Source of the DNA: Adineta vaga
Taxonomy: Eukaryota; Animalia; Rotifera
Direction: 5' to 3'
DNA length: 64,000 bases
NCBI GenBank assembly: GCA_021613535.1
Contig: CP075493.1
Coordinates: forward strand, 12,462,001 to 12,526,000
Below are positions 36,381-49,550 of this stretch, one piece after another. A program made the position numbers and the translations under genes. The notes under the pieces are model-generated. The model saw only the letters and a list, made by a program, of their open reading frames with translations, searched no databases and was not told the origin of the DNA. Position 1 is the stretch's first letter; the number at the start of each line of letters is the position of its first letter.

Positions 36381-37777
36381 ACTGAATATTATTTAGAAGT
36401 AAAGATACATTGACAGGATATTTGTTTTTTTCATGTTCGTATGTGATGAACAAACAAATAGAAACAAATAAAAGCATTTTCAATTCTCTATTAAATTTGA
36501 TTTTTCTTATTAATTTGATCAACTATTCAGTATTTTATGCTAAATTGTTTTCTTGAATCATACAACAGAAGTTAACGTTAGACTTCGATTTCTGTCCTTA
36601 CTTTGCAAGTTCTTTGTTTCTAGAATGACAAAGGAAACGAATTTTTTTGAGAAATATTAAAAATCGATCTTTGCTTTGCAGTTCATATTGATCATTTTTG
36701 ACATAAATTTAATGTTAAATGAATAAAAATTTTTTTATAAATTATAGAAAAAAGAAAATCGACAATAAGATAATTGTCATATGTATGAATTAAAATTTCG
36801 AAATAATTTTATGATTCAAAGTTCAAAATCCTAATAAAATGACAATTAAAAGCATATAGAATTGAATTATATTTTCTTTATAAACTATAAATGTGATGTG
36901 TATATCCGAATAAATATAATTCAATAATATTTTTAATTAATTTATATTTTATAGAAACGATCTTTAAAAAAGAAAAAGAAAAAAAATATATTTAAATCAA
37001 TTTCAGTTTGAATCGTATTATTAATTATTAATTTCCAATAAAATTTATTAAATTCAGAATACAAATCTAATTTAAATGAATATCAAAACGTGGATATTTA
37101 AGAAACGAGACAATCAATACTATAGAAGAATCGATTTTAATACATAAGATTTTTCTATTTAATCAAATTTTGATAATGTTGATGAATATTATTCTAATTT
37201 AAAATAAGGTGAAGAACAAAAATTTGTTTATAAAAAATAGAAATTAATGAATAAATTATTATTTAATTTGAGAAGAATAGAAAACATTTGTAAGAATAAA
37301 TGATTATTTTTTTAAATTTTAATTAATCTTAAAATATCGATATCATAAGTTTTTCTAAAAGGTTTATTTTCGTGCTTAATTTGAAGGTAACGAAGTAAAC
37401 TAAACTAATAGATAAGATGTTAATATTTTTCATTATGTGATTATAAACTATCTCTCTAGATATATGAAAAGTTTGTCCATTGAATTTTTGTTTTTAAAGT
37501 AAATTATTTGCATAAAATAAAGAATAGAAAATGAAATATTAAACCTTTAGAAGATCATAAAGAATAGTTATCGCTCACAAAGTTACATTTCATTAAATCA
37601 TTTTGTTAAGATTGGTAAGTTAAAAGGAAAACATTCTGCAAACATTAGATGAGAACGATTGTTAGCTTAAATATAGTTTGTACATTTTCTCTCTTTCTTT
37701 CTGTGATGATTACATATGATTTTGCACTGTTTTCCAGAAATTTTTCTTCTTCGATCGTTCGTATATGAAATAGAAGA

Positions 37778-38180
37778 TGTAACTGTGAATTTAACGAAGA
37801 GAATTTATTAGACAGATGGTCGGTGTAAAGCTAGCACGACGGAGGTAGCTTCATACTGGTTGCCTTTTCTAACCAATTCTGCTTCAACTCTTTCTCTACT
37901 TCAGTTCAAACCTAAAATAACTTTAGGCTCTTGGTTAAACTTTTATCTATCGCGAATATACACACATTCACGATAAAGCTCGCTAGTCCGTAGAATCTTG
38001 TATGAAAGTGAGTATCTTATTATACTTATGAATCGCTCTCGCTTCCGTGTTATTATCGATATCTTGATTACCTTAGCCATTACGTAACCGTCAAAGTGAA
38101 TTTTCACCCAGATACGTTCGTCGACCTTCCCTGAAATCTAGGGAAGCATCGTGGAAAGTTTCATGGTCGTAGCTATTACA
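37778..38180 (-). mobile_element. Possible solo LTR
   Basis: 403-bp GC-richer island bounded by TGTAA...TTACA, with AATAAA near the minus-strand 3' end. No TSD. Confidence 0.35.
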
Positions 38181-38566
38181 GGGATTGGATGCATAGAGGA
38201 CAAACAAACTTTCTTCTTTATATATATAGAAGATAGAAGATTACAAAATTTATATTATCGTTAAGTTACTCTGATCTTAAACAGAATGAAAGATTTTGTT
38301 TTTCATTTCAATCGTTGAGAGAAAAAAGAAAATATGATAAATTGGAAAAAACCAACTGAGAATGTTTTTTCAAGTAACTTGAACATTCACTTTTACATCG
38401 AAGAAATTTCGTCGCTAATACATGTTTGTCTTTCTGAGCGGATAAGTTTGCTTGATCAATTCTGTCTAACGTCATTAGCACAATAAAATGTTTGTTATTT
38501 TTCTTTTTCTTTTGATTAATTCTTCAAAGAACGTTTTCTTTCATTCGGTTTTATTAGTTTTTTTCA

Positions 38567-39219
38567 ATGGCTACCCCAAATATTAGTTCTCTTCCTATTA
38601 ATTCACGACGAAAACTAGCACATGTCATAGGTATAAGCGATTATCAAGAAAATATTCGTTTACCGAACGCAATCAATGATGCAACACAAATGGGATTTCT
38701 CATTCATGATAATGAACCAAAACTTAATTTAACATATCACGAAATGCGTCATTGCATGTTGGATTTTGAATGTTCTGTAAAAGAAGATAGCATAGTTCTC
38801 TTTTATTTTGCTATGGTCATGGAACACAATGGGAGGTAAGAAAATTATTATTATTATCAAAATCTCATCGTCTAGTTCTTTTAGAACCAAAATTATTTGA
38901 TTCCAATTGATAATTTTATTGAAGATGTGGATAACAATCGTATAAATAAAAGGTTTCCTCTTAGCGGAGCAGATTTAGGAACACGTACGATTAATGCACA
39001 AAAATTTCTCCATGATATTAGTGAACGATACTCATTTTTGACAGTATCTTTCTTAGATTGTTGTCGAACGTATCATTTACATCCTGATGATTCACAAAAG
39101 AAAACTCGAAGTTTAACTATAGTTTGTCAGTGCGGATTACAAATAATGCCTACAAAAGTTGGATCATTAGTTGCATTTGCATGTACACCTGGAACAATTG
39201 CTGATGATGAAAACAAAGG
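38567..39219 (+). pseudogene. Caspase-like peptidase C14 (metacaspase/paracaspase-type), frameshifted and truncated
   Basis: RKLAHVIGISDY, LPNAINDA, VLFYFA/GHG (frameshift at the catalytic His motif), FLDCCR and AFACTPGTIADD. The sequence then runs into a telomeric hairpin. Confidence 0.85.
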
Positions 39220-39257
39220 TGGGTGTGGGTACTCTTTGATTAGGACCCACACCCACC
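39218..39257. repeat. Perfect 13-bp telomeric-repeat hairpin
   Basis: GGTGGGTGTGGGT-14 nt-ACCCACACCCACC. Confidence 0.9.
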
Positions 39258-39778
39258 CTCACCCATTTTTTAAACTTTTTTGCATGACTTCTACATTTCT
39301 TTTCGAGCTAAAAGACTAATTTTCCGAAAAGTGGACACTGTCTTATTTTCTTTATTAACTTCGACTAAATAAAATCGTGCCTATTAATAAAATGCATATG
39401 CTGTTTATACGATAACTTATTATAAAGTTTACATTCACAGTGTGAGAGTGATAGGATGTGGATAAGAATGGTAGTTCTTCCTCACCTTCATACCTCGTTT
39501 CGATTACACATATTATGGTCAAAGGAAATTTGATATTATTTTAGGTTATTATTTTCAAGGATTACAAACAACTGAAAATTTTTTTGAGAAGATAGAGCTG
39601 ATATTTTATTTACTAAACAAAATTGATTTAGCGTATACCATAGCAAAGTACAAGATCAATTATTTCCAGAATATTATCAAGGGTCACATGAAATAATTAA
39701 AAAGAATTCTATCGATCTTATCTATTAGAATTTATAAACTATGTTAATATATTTGAAGACCATAACAAGTTTTTTTAT

Positions 39779-41046
39779 TTATTTTGTATTTTCTTTAAAA
39801 AAATCATTGAATGTCCATTCTTGATCATATTTCCATGCTATATCAGTTAAATTTACCATTCTATTAAACCATGTATTTGCAATGATTTGATTTTTCTCTA
39901 TAGCTTCATGTAATAGAACATAATCAAGACTTTCAATCGAACAAACTAAAAGTACGTTTGTAGCAACACATGGACAAGGATTTGAACCAACACAATAGTA
40001 ATGTTTTAATTTCATATTTTCATATTCTTCTTGAAATGGATAAGAATCGATATTCGAAAAATTCAGATCATTATTTCGTTTGATTTGTTGATCTATTTGT
40101 TCATCAGTCGCTGATAAACGAGTTACACGAAGACAAGTTAAATGTTTCCCATCAGATATATTTTTTTGTAAATCATCAAAAATAATATGAAAAAGTGACC
40201 AAAATTTTGTTTGAAGAGAAATAGTAATATCATTTAAAATCATCACTCCAATAGCAAGACCAACATGTTCATAACGATCAAATGGTGAAGGATAAGGATG
40301 ACGTAAATTAACATCCAAATCTTATTTAAAATTTGAAAATTTCGATGAAGAGTTATGAAGCCTATATAGCATTATTAAAAGAAAATTTTTTGAAATAATT
40401 AGTTTAATCATATTTTCAGCTTGTCCATGATGATATATAATTGAATTTCTACTCATTGATATTTCATAAGGAATAATATGTTTCCATTGACGTTTATATT
40501 CAAAAATATTTTGAAGTAAATCTTCTGTTTTCTTTTCCTCTTCATTTGTTAAATTTGGAAATGGTATTATTTCACTATCAGAAAGATAAGGAAGTATTGA
40601 TAATTTTTGATCATTATTAAAATAATCATTTCTGATGTTCCATCAGCAATTGAATGATGATATTTTAATAAAATATAATGTAGATGATTATTTAGATTTT
40701 TATTATATAAAATAATTAATTTAAATAAACTTTTACTTTCATCATTCAATTTAAATGGATTATGTAATTCATCATCAACAATTTGTTTCCATTCATCTTG
40801 TGTCTCAAATTTCAGATATAATGGAGTGGAATAAGGTTGTTTAATAAAATAAAAATGATAGGGTTTTACAGTTGAATTTATGTTTAATCGTAAATTATGA
40901 TATCGATCAATACATTTATTTAATGATGATTCAAGACGTTCTCAATAAAGATATTTTTCACAATCAAATTCACAAATATCTATAACTACTGCTTCAATAT
41001 CAACTAGATGTGATTTAAGCCAAGCTAATTTGTGATAAGATTCCAT
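39779..41046 (-). pseudogene. Condensation-domain/alcohol acetyltransferase (PapA5/ATF-like), disrupted
   Basis: LKYHHSIADG (HHxxxDG), DVNLR and VATNV; stops and frameshifts split the gene into fragments. Confidence 0.7.
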
Positions 41047-41713
41047 AGTTGACTTTCTTTGCAAGTAAGAAATATTCGATATATATATATACGCCTATCT
41101 GTAAATAAATCCTTTTCTTTTTCTTTCCTTAAGTACATAAGCCGATTTAATTGGCAAAAAACATGTTATTTTTACACAGATTCTTTTATTTTATTGTTTG
41201 TTATGTCGAGAGGAATCTCGTTAAAAATTTATGTGTATGTTATTAAAAAACAAATTTGGCTGTTGTTGAACAACATTTCATCAATTGGATCCTAGGTGTT
41301 TCGAATTTGATAATACAAGTGAATCTATTGCTGAACTCAAATCTAGTTCTAAATGTTCGATGAATTAAACACATTGTACTTCGAAATAAAAACAGTGAAA
41401 AATCAAAACAATATCTACTACTCTCCGAAGCATTTGAAACAAAAATACTTTCCCTGATGCAAATATATATTCAAAATAAGTAAATGAAAGTTGAAACTTG
41501 ACTGTTCGATTTTATAGAAACATTTCTCGATATGTAAAAGTAAAAATAACAGAAATCTGATACCTATCCTCACTCTCACCTTTTTATTTATTCGAGATTT
41601 TGTCATCATACCATATACGATATATCATATTCTTGTTTGTGCACATTGATAACCATACTCAGTTCGTTTTTTCTTCTTCGGACGACAATAGTCAACCTGA
41701 GCAAGTCAAAAAA

Positions 41714-43457
41714 ATGGTAACAGACTCAAAAAAACTATCAAATATACAAGTTTATTTGAATCAACCATGGAATTTAATTAAAACTGGATTTCTAATTCTA
41801 ACATGGATCATGATGGTAATTGACATCGTTTGAAATAATGAAACGAACCTGTTCTTTTTCTCATATTTGAGGGCTGTCATTTGGAATTAATCGGTCCATC
41901 CATGCCAATTCTTGCAGTCAATCTTCAAGTTACATATACTGGTATGGGTTCCGTACTTGCATCGAGAAGCGCTGGATACTTAACCGCCAATTGCCTTGGT
42001 GCTATTTTGCAAAGTATTGTCAAAAATCATTCTGAAGGTCTTCTATTCTGTGCATTTATTTTACCTGCGATTGGTAAAATATTTTCATCGAAATTATCAC
42101 AATTTGTTTTCGCTTTGTTTGTCTTTTTCAGCTACGTCTGCTACACCATTCGTCACATCATTCATACTAATGTGTGCTATTTCTTTTGCTCAAGGACTTT
42201 CAAAAGGTTTTACAGATCTAGGTGAGTCACTATTACCAAACTCCTTATTCCAATAGCTACATATAGGTGGTAACAATCTTGTATTGAACATGTGGGGTGT
42301 CTATGCTGCAGCTCCATTAAATGCAGTTCATCTAGGATACGGACTTGGTGCTCTTCTTGCGAATTTACTCATTCGTCCATTTATTACACATACAAAGAGT
42401 TCATCTACCAGTGAATGGAAAATTAATCGCGATATTATTATTCCATATTCAATCACTGCAATCATGTGTTTTTTTATTGCTGTTGGGCACTTATTACTTT
42501 ATATTTTAGAATTTCGAAAACGAAGACAAAAATTAGAAGTAAAACCGGTAATTATCGATTGAAGAGACAATGATTAATTATAGAATTGGTATATTTAGGA
42601 TGATGAGAGCGTTGCAAAGACGAATTCTAAAAAATCTTCACCATATTCTCCTCGTACATGTGGACGTGGATTTTTTCAATATGGTTTAACATTGTCAACA
42701 ATATTTATCCTTTACACATTTTTTCTCGGTGGAAATTATCAAACATTTTCCAAATTCTTTTTTTCTTTTCTTAAATTTGACAAATTCAATTTATCCAATG
42801 AAGCTGCTAGTTGGGGAATGATTATTTTTTGGGTTTCTGGTTCTGTAAGTCTTATTATTATCATAATCGTATTAACATTCTTTTAATCAATAGATCGGAC
42901 GATTGAGTTTCGCTATTATTTCTATCTTTTTATCAGTAAATATCTGTCTGAATATAATTTGGTTTGGAGCTTTATGTCTTGCAATAGTATGGCTTCTTTA
43001 TGTTTGGATAATTGGTTTAACAAGTACAAGTTTATTCATTCTCGGTGCAATAACTGGTTTGATATTTGCACCAATATTTCCATTATCATTTGCTTATTTT
43101 AATCAACGATTAAATGTCGTACCAATGCTTCTTGGTTTACTCCTAAGTGGAACAGCACTTGGAGCAATGATATCGAACAAAATAGCTGGTAAATCTTCTC
43201 ATTAAAATAGTATAGTTGAGTTACTTTCTGAAATCTTTTTAGGTATAGTTATGGATCATAATCCAAATCATTTTCCAACACTTTTAGCAATTTATATCTT
43301 AATGACAATCATTCTGTATATTGCTTCGTATGTTGTTTACTTTTTTCATCAACGATCGGTATTGAATAATAAGAAAATTCGTTCTCCTAAGAATACGATT
43401 GAAGACGACGAAGAAGGACAAGAAATGGTGTTAAAAGATAAAAATAATGACAATTAA
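41714..43457 (+). CDS. MFS transporter (MFSD4/Na-dependent glucose transporter 1-like), multi-exon
   Basis: ELIGPSMPILAVNL, QGLSKGFTDLG, LNAVHLGYGLGA and APIFPL, with many TM helices across about 8 exons. Confidence 0.85.
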
Positions 43458-43648
43458 TAATAAATTTCATTTGCGTTACCTTTTATTTTTTTATCAGCAT
43501 CTCTTGATATACTATGAAGTTGAGATATTGTTGATATTCGTGTAGTTTATCATTTTCTTTTGTATATGAAAGTGGTGTGCTTCATAAATCATAGGTAGCA
43601 TTTTCTGTATACATTGAAAAGCTTCACTAGACAGAATATCTTTTCATT

Positions 43649-45019
43649 ATGGTCAACAACAAATATATCTTTTATGGAACGATCATAGACACACCTGATG
43701 CATTAACATTACGAATTAGAAAACAACATATTTGTGTTGTGAACAGAGGCAAAATCGAAATTATTGAACCGTGTATTAATTTAAATTATGATATATATCA
43801 AGATTATGCAATTATTAACTTGAGTGAAAGTCAATTCATTTGCCCAGGATTTGTCGATTTACATTGTCATGCTCCTCAATATCGACAAGTAGGAAGTGCA
43901 ACGGAAGTTCCTCTACTCCAATGGCTTGAAAAATTTACATTTCCAAATGAAGCTCGTTGTTCTGATCTTTCATATGCTCGAGATCTTTATACAAAACTAG
44001 TCTCGAGATTATTACGTAATGGAACGACGACAGTTCAATATTTTGCCACAATACATCTCGAAGCAACAAAACTTCTCGCTGATATTTGTCAAGAAAAAGG
44101 ACAACGAGCATATATTGGTAAAGTATGTGCAGATCAATATTCACCAGATTTTTACATTGAAACAACAGAAGAAAGTGTTCGAAATACAGAAGAATTCATT
44201 AATTACGTTCATCAGATGGAAAAAGGAAGAGATATTGCCGGGTTGAAAGCTTTAATACATCCTGTCATTACACCTAGATTTGTACCGACATGCTCCTTGA
44301 ATTTACTTAACCAGCTAGGACAATTAGCAAAGAAATATAATGTCCATGTACAATCGCATATTGCAGAAACTGCAGATCAGGTTGCATTCGTACATTCCCT
44401 TCATCCGAGCATTGGAAATGGACGAGATGTAGCTATTTTTCACGAAACAGGTCTCTTAACAAATAAAGCAGTTTTCGCTCATGGAATCTATTTGGCAGAC
44501 AATGAGGTAGATCAAATGGTTCGAAGTGGAAGCGCCGTAGCTAGTTGTCCAATATCGAATTTTCTTTTTTCGAAAGGAATCACGGCGATAGAACGTTTTA
44601 AAGGAAAAGGTTTGAAGGTGGGTTTGGGAACGGATGTTGGCGGAGCATATTCAAGTAGCATGCTTCCTGTTGTACGTGCTGCTGTTTTTGGAAATAGAAC
44701 AGTAGATTTTGTCTCCTTTGATCGTACAATTGTTGCACTACCAGAATTTCCTGAGCATAAAGATCCGGATATTGATTTTAAATTCGCTTTTTATTTGGCT
44801 ACTCTTGGAGGTGCACAGACTTTGAACATCGAATCACATATCGGAAGCTTTGAAGTCGGAAAAGAATTTGACGCATTGCTTATTGATTGTAACAAAGATA
44901 ATCAAGCGTTCGACTATTGGAAAGAAGATGGAATGGATATTATATTTGAAAAATGGATAAATGCTGGTGATGACAGAAATATTAATGGAGTTTGGATTCA
45001 AGGAATAAAAGTATGTTAA
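43649..45019 (+). CDS. guaD: Guanine deaminase (amidohydrolase), intronless
   Basis: PGFVDLHCHAPQY, PLLQWLEKFTFPNE, ITPRFVPTCS, QSHIAE, CPISN, GLGTDVGGA, GSFEVGKEFDA and GDDRNI. Confidence 0.93.
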   Translation: MVNNKYIFYGTIIDTPDALTLRIRKQHICVVNRGKIEIIEPCINLNYDIYQDYAIINLSESQFICPGFVDLHCHAPQYRQVGSATEVPLLQWLEKFTFPNEARCSDLSYARDLYTKLVSRLLRNGTTTVQYFATIHLEATKLLADICQEKGQRAYIGKVCADQYSPDFYIETTEESVRNTEEFINYVHQMEKGRDIAGLKALIHPVITPRFVPTCSLNLLNQLGQLAKKYNVHVQSHIAETADQVAFVHSLHPSIGNGRDVAIFHETGLLTNKAVFAHGIYLADNEVDQMVRSGSAVASCPISNFLFSKGITAIERFKGKGLKVGLGTDVGGAYSSSMLPVVRAAVFGNRTVDFVSFDRTIVALPEFPEHKDPDIDFKFAFYLATLGGAQTLNIESHIGSFEVGKEFDALLIDCNKDNQAFDYWKEDGMDIIFEKWINAGDDRNINGVWIQGIKVC

Positions 45020-45112
45020 TTGGATGATCTATGTTTTTTTGTATCTTTTTTATTTATAATTAATTATTTTAATATATATGCGAGTTGAACAGATATCATA
45101 AAAAGAGGTATC

Positions 45113-45212
45113 GGTGGGTGTGGGTGTGGGAATAATCTAACTTCAAACACAACCTTACACATATACATTCGCCACGACTCATACTCACATTTATTCACAT
45201 CCTCATCCTCAA
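45113..45212. repeat. Telomeric-repeat mini element containing a duplication breakpoint
   Basis: GGTGGGTGTGGGTGTGGGA on the left; degenerate C-strand arm CACATCCTCATCCTCAA on the right. Confidence 0.65.
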
Positions 45213-45382
45213 TAACGATCTACGTAACATACTTGGATAAAAAGAAAAGAAAAGAAAAGAGAGAAATATGTTATACAACGAGAAAAAGATTCAGAATGAA
45301 TGAAAAGATGTATATGAGATACGAACAGACAAAAATAGAACGGCAACGTCACTGCATATTAGGTACATGAATTGATTGAAGT

Positions 45383-46321
45383 CTATTTGCACAAAACTGT
45401 ATTTTTAATTTCCTTTCGAAATGTTTTCGATACAATTAAATTTGTATAAAAACTAATCGAAAATGGAATATAATAAATAAAAGAGCTTATACTTGTCAAA
45501 AATAAATCCACTTGACTTTCTACAGAGCTTTTGTTTTGAAATTGAGTGATTTGTTTGTAAATAGCAACGCTGACAGGAACCAAAGTAAAAATGATGTAAA
45601 CACTGGCATTGATCAATACAATTCCAATTAGTTGACGATCTTTCGAACGTGTAGGATTGACAGCACTACCAATTGCTGTTGATACAGGAGCAACTGTTGC
45701 GTGACGTGTTGATCGAATATGTTTTATTGTAAATACTTCACAAATCAGCATCACTATTGGTATTAAGATAGTTTTCACTAATGCATAGTAATTTGTAAAT
45801 GCTAAATATATATTCGAATCGGAATAACATACCAAATAGCTTGGGATGATCTCGATCACTTTGAAGAAGATTAATGTATGAGAGTGGATTAACATCCAAA
45901 CTATTGTGCCACCAATAATGCATTTATAGGCAAGTTGATGAGTACTATGACGGCGTATACGTGCATCTCGTGAAGTGACTAACATTCGATCGATGGAGGC
46001 TAAAATCAGATAGAATGGACTGAGAATATCCAATACATATCCTAGATAATAATCGATACGACAAAAACTGTCGTTGAATGTTGAAATATTGATGTTATAA
46101 CCGTATGCTAACATTCCCTGAATATGTAACAGAGTGAGTTGACAAAGATTGGCAAAATTGTATGCAATAAAATAGAATGAACATGGATTTTTGCGAAGAT
46201 TCTTCTTTGAAAAGATTATTAAACTGAGTATACAACCTAAACCTCCACCAATAATTAAAATTACACTGCCAATTTGATATACATATGTTTGTACTGATAG
46301 TAATGTTTGAATGTACTCCAT
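45383..46321 (-). CDS. Rhodopsin-class orphan GPCR (copy 1)
   Basis: Seven hydrophobic segments, LRKNPCSFY, FCR, ASIDR, KDRQL and SKTFR; intronless. Confidence 0.9.
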   Translation of the reverse strand: MEYIQTLLSVQTYVYQIGSVILIIGGGLGCILSLIIFSKKNLRKNPCSFYFIAYNFANLCQLTLLHIQGMLAYGYNINISTFNDSFCRIDYYLGYVLDILSPFYLILASIDRMLVTSRDARIRRHSTHQLAYKCIIGGTIVWMLIHSHTLIFFKVIEIIPSYLVCYSDSNIYLAFTNYYALVKTILIPIVMLICEVFTIKHIRSTRHATVAPVSTAIGSAVNPTRSKDRQLIGIVLINASVYIIFTLVPVSVAIYKQITQFQNKSSVESQVDLFLTSISSFIYYIPFSISFYTNLIVSKTFRKEIKNTVLCK

Positions 46322-47387
46322 TTCGAAATGAATGAGAAAATAAAAGTGCGTTCGACTGACTGAGAAACAATCTTTACTTGCTTGATAATACTCAATGTTT
46401 AAATAAGAACTTTCTTTCTTGAAAATATTTTTTAATCATTACTACCTGTTGTCAAATAAAAATGAATTAGTTTCCATGCAAGCTGGATTAAAATAGATTA
46501 AATGGGAAAAGAATTAGTTATCATAAATGTTGTCATTTACATTTACATATATAGCTGAATCATCAACTAAGATTTAATGTCGATGTTTCAAAATAAATTC
46601 TACTGACTTTCAATACGTGTGGATACGAATGATACCTTAATTTTCGTTCATCTTTTATTAGTCAGATTATACTGCTATACATTAATATAAATTTGTGAGT
46701 TAGCTCAATTTGGCACAAAAGAGAAAAGACAGGATTTGGAGTGGTACTTTAACTTTATCTTACTTTGGAAGTATAAAGTAAATTAAATTAAAGAGGCAAC
46801 TTAACTTTATCAGATAAAGTAAACATAAAATAAGTCGCTTTACTTTAACCGGTAAAGTGACATGTATTATGGCCGTGGATGAGAGAGAGAGACGTGTAAG
46901 TTCGAGATTATCATAGAACAAGATATATAACACCCTTCTCCAAGCCAAAAAAGTGTTTTGTTCACGAAATACTTTTGAAAAAATAGTGGAAGAAAAAACT
47001 TAACTGAATGTAAAATATCTGACAAAATATCAGCAATGAAGATGGAAAAAAAACAGTTCACGTTTTACTTTGATAGCAGATGTAGAACAAAATGATAATG
47101 GGAAAAGAGAAGAAACGAAAAAAAGATAATATTAATAGAAAATGACATACGCACACAATGACGACACCGGCCACAAGAGGATCACCATCGGTTCCTTTTT
47201 TTGTAATGGTAATAACTTCGACGGTTGAAGATATTTAATGCCAAATTATGTTCAATTTCACGCTGAATTTCTTCGTTCTTCAGACCAGTTACGACGTCAT
47301 CACCGTCCATTTTGATGTGTACGGATCGTACATGATACATTTGAAGAATTCTTCGAATCATATACGATTTGAATCGATGATGTACTC

Positions 47388-47446
47388 GTGTGGGTGTGGA
47401 TGTGGGTGTGGCGTGTCGATATCTCCTCTTCTTTCACACCCAAACA
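47388..47446. repeat. Telomeric-repeat mini inverted repeat
   Basis: GTGTGGGTGTGGATGTGGGTGTGG ... CACACCCAAACA. Confidence 0.7.
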
Positions 47447-48215
47447 CTCCAGAAATTGAGTTTTTTCCAATTGAAAAATGCGCCGAAACTTCCTCTTTCC
47501 AAATACATGCATATTTCTGCAATTTTGGAAAAAGCTGCATTATCTCAATAAGAGGAGAGCCAAACAACCTGACAGTGGTACATAGAGATAGCTTATTATG
47601 GCACTTACGCGCTTTAAAAAATTCAATGAAAAAAATTGAGATTATCACATTTTTTATAACTTTTTTGGATTTAAACGGATAAGTCAACTTCTAAAGCTTA
47701 TTTTGCGTTTCTCGCAAAACATGATTTTCAATCAGAAAAATTGGAATCACTCGCTCATTTTTTGAGCTATATCCAATATTTTTTTTGCTTGTAATGTGTC
47801 AACGAGAGAAAAATTTTCGTCAAACACTTTTGCTTAAATCGAATCCTGAGCTGAGAAAAGCGGAATTTACTATGGCTAGGACACCATTTTTTTAGACATA
47901 TCTACTAAAATATCTATAAAAAAGCAATAGGATATTATTTCAAAATTCTGTCTGCTGAAAAGTTGCGTCTCGACGTGGGCTTTAATTTGAGATCAGTCCG
48001 AGCTCTGTACCACGTACCGTGACCAAATGACGTCAATTTTTCTGAAGGCTAAAGTGACCTAAAAATCACGTATAAATCCGTTATAGTACGACCGATCGGG
48101 CTGAAATTTTTACTAGAAGTGTATCTTACTAGGGCCACTCATTCCTAAAAATGTCAGCCTAAAAGGACCATCTTAGGTAGGGAATCGTTCTTGAGGGGGG
48201 TCCCCTGAAAAATAT
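47447..48215. mobile_element. Probable non-autonomous DNA-transposon relic
   Basis: GC-richer non-coding island with GACCGATCGGGCTGAAATTTT and GGGGTCCCC (the latter also near the right end of the 32821-35091 element). No TIR or TSD resolved. Confidence 0.35.
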
Positions 48216-49550
48216 TCAATTCAATACAAAAATTATATTATTTATATGGAAAAAGTCAGATAATTCGATTGTATAAAATAATTGTTCCAGTAAAATAGGG
48301 ATTTTATTTCAGTCCCATTAATACCATGACATATCAAAACTCTTAATCATTTTTTTATTATGGAATATGTTTTTATCCACGAAAGAACAACTTTTTCTTT
48401 CTTTTCTATTGTTCTAAATTAATTAGAGTTTTGTATTTTTAGCAAAATTCTATAAAAAAAGATTGATACTGGTCTCAAGTCTGAATTAATTTATCAGATA
48501 AATAATTACAGCCAAGCATAATAATATTGGATATCGATTTACAGATAATAAGATGAGTGAACCCTTTATTTTCTATTAAATAAATAAAATAAAATAAAAC
48601 AAAACAAAAATAAGAATTACGTTAATATTATTCATTGATAAGATAATTATAATATAGTTTTTTAGTTTTAGTACCTGATAAATCTCTTAACATTCTTATT
48701 GTTCTTCTTGTCAAGCAATCATATTATAGGATCATTCATATTTATAGTTTTCGTTTTTAAAAATTATTTTCATTCTTATAACATATATAACCAGTTGATG
48801 TTTTTCGACTGAAAACATTTTCTCTTCATTTTCTTAATTTAAAATGAAAATTCCCTCTAAAACAAGTGTTTAAATCTAGACAAAGTCAAGAGCTCCTATA
48901 TCGTAAAAGACAGCGAAATCCACTCTAAGAAAGGATAATTTTTCTATAAAAAAGTTTTGTTAAGACTATTATAAATCCACATTCTCATCTAAGTCATGTT
49001 ACATTCTCGAAAAGATTAAATATCCTTCTAAAAATACTTGTAAAAAGTTTCGTATTATTTTTCTGAACTTTTTAGTTAGATGCATACAATTATACAGAAA
49101 ATTTTTATGCATCATATTCAGTGGATAAGAGTTTTCGAATTTATTGGAACTCGGACAATATCTTCCATACTTATAGTGTTGTCTTTATCTCATTAAACCG
49201 TTTTGAGATCTTCTTTTCACAAAAACAAAACATTTACATCGAAAATGCGTTTGAATGCGGCTATTGTATGGAATATTTCTTAAAATGCGTTCTTATTTCA
49301 AACGCGTCTGAATACACTTCTTACTCCAAACTCATACTCACATTTATTCACATCCTCATCCTCAATAACGATCTACGTAACATACTTGGATAAAAAGAAA
49401 AGAAAAGAAAAGAAAAGAAAAGAAAAGAGAGAAATATGTTATACAACGAGAAAAAGATTCAGAATGAATGAAAAGATGTATATGAGATACGAACAGACAA
49501 AAATAGAACGGCAAAGTCACTGCATATTAGGTTCATGAATTGGTTGAAGT

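Noticed and set aside
36480-37770. Very AT-rich tract as a structured repeat or RNA gene
   Set aside because: No periodicity, stable stems or tRNA/rRNA signatures seen.
47248-47687. ORFs with CGCGCG or HPHPH repeats as metal-binding proteins
   Set aside because: These are translations of the TGTGGG repeat and adjacent TE-like DNA.
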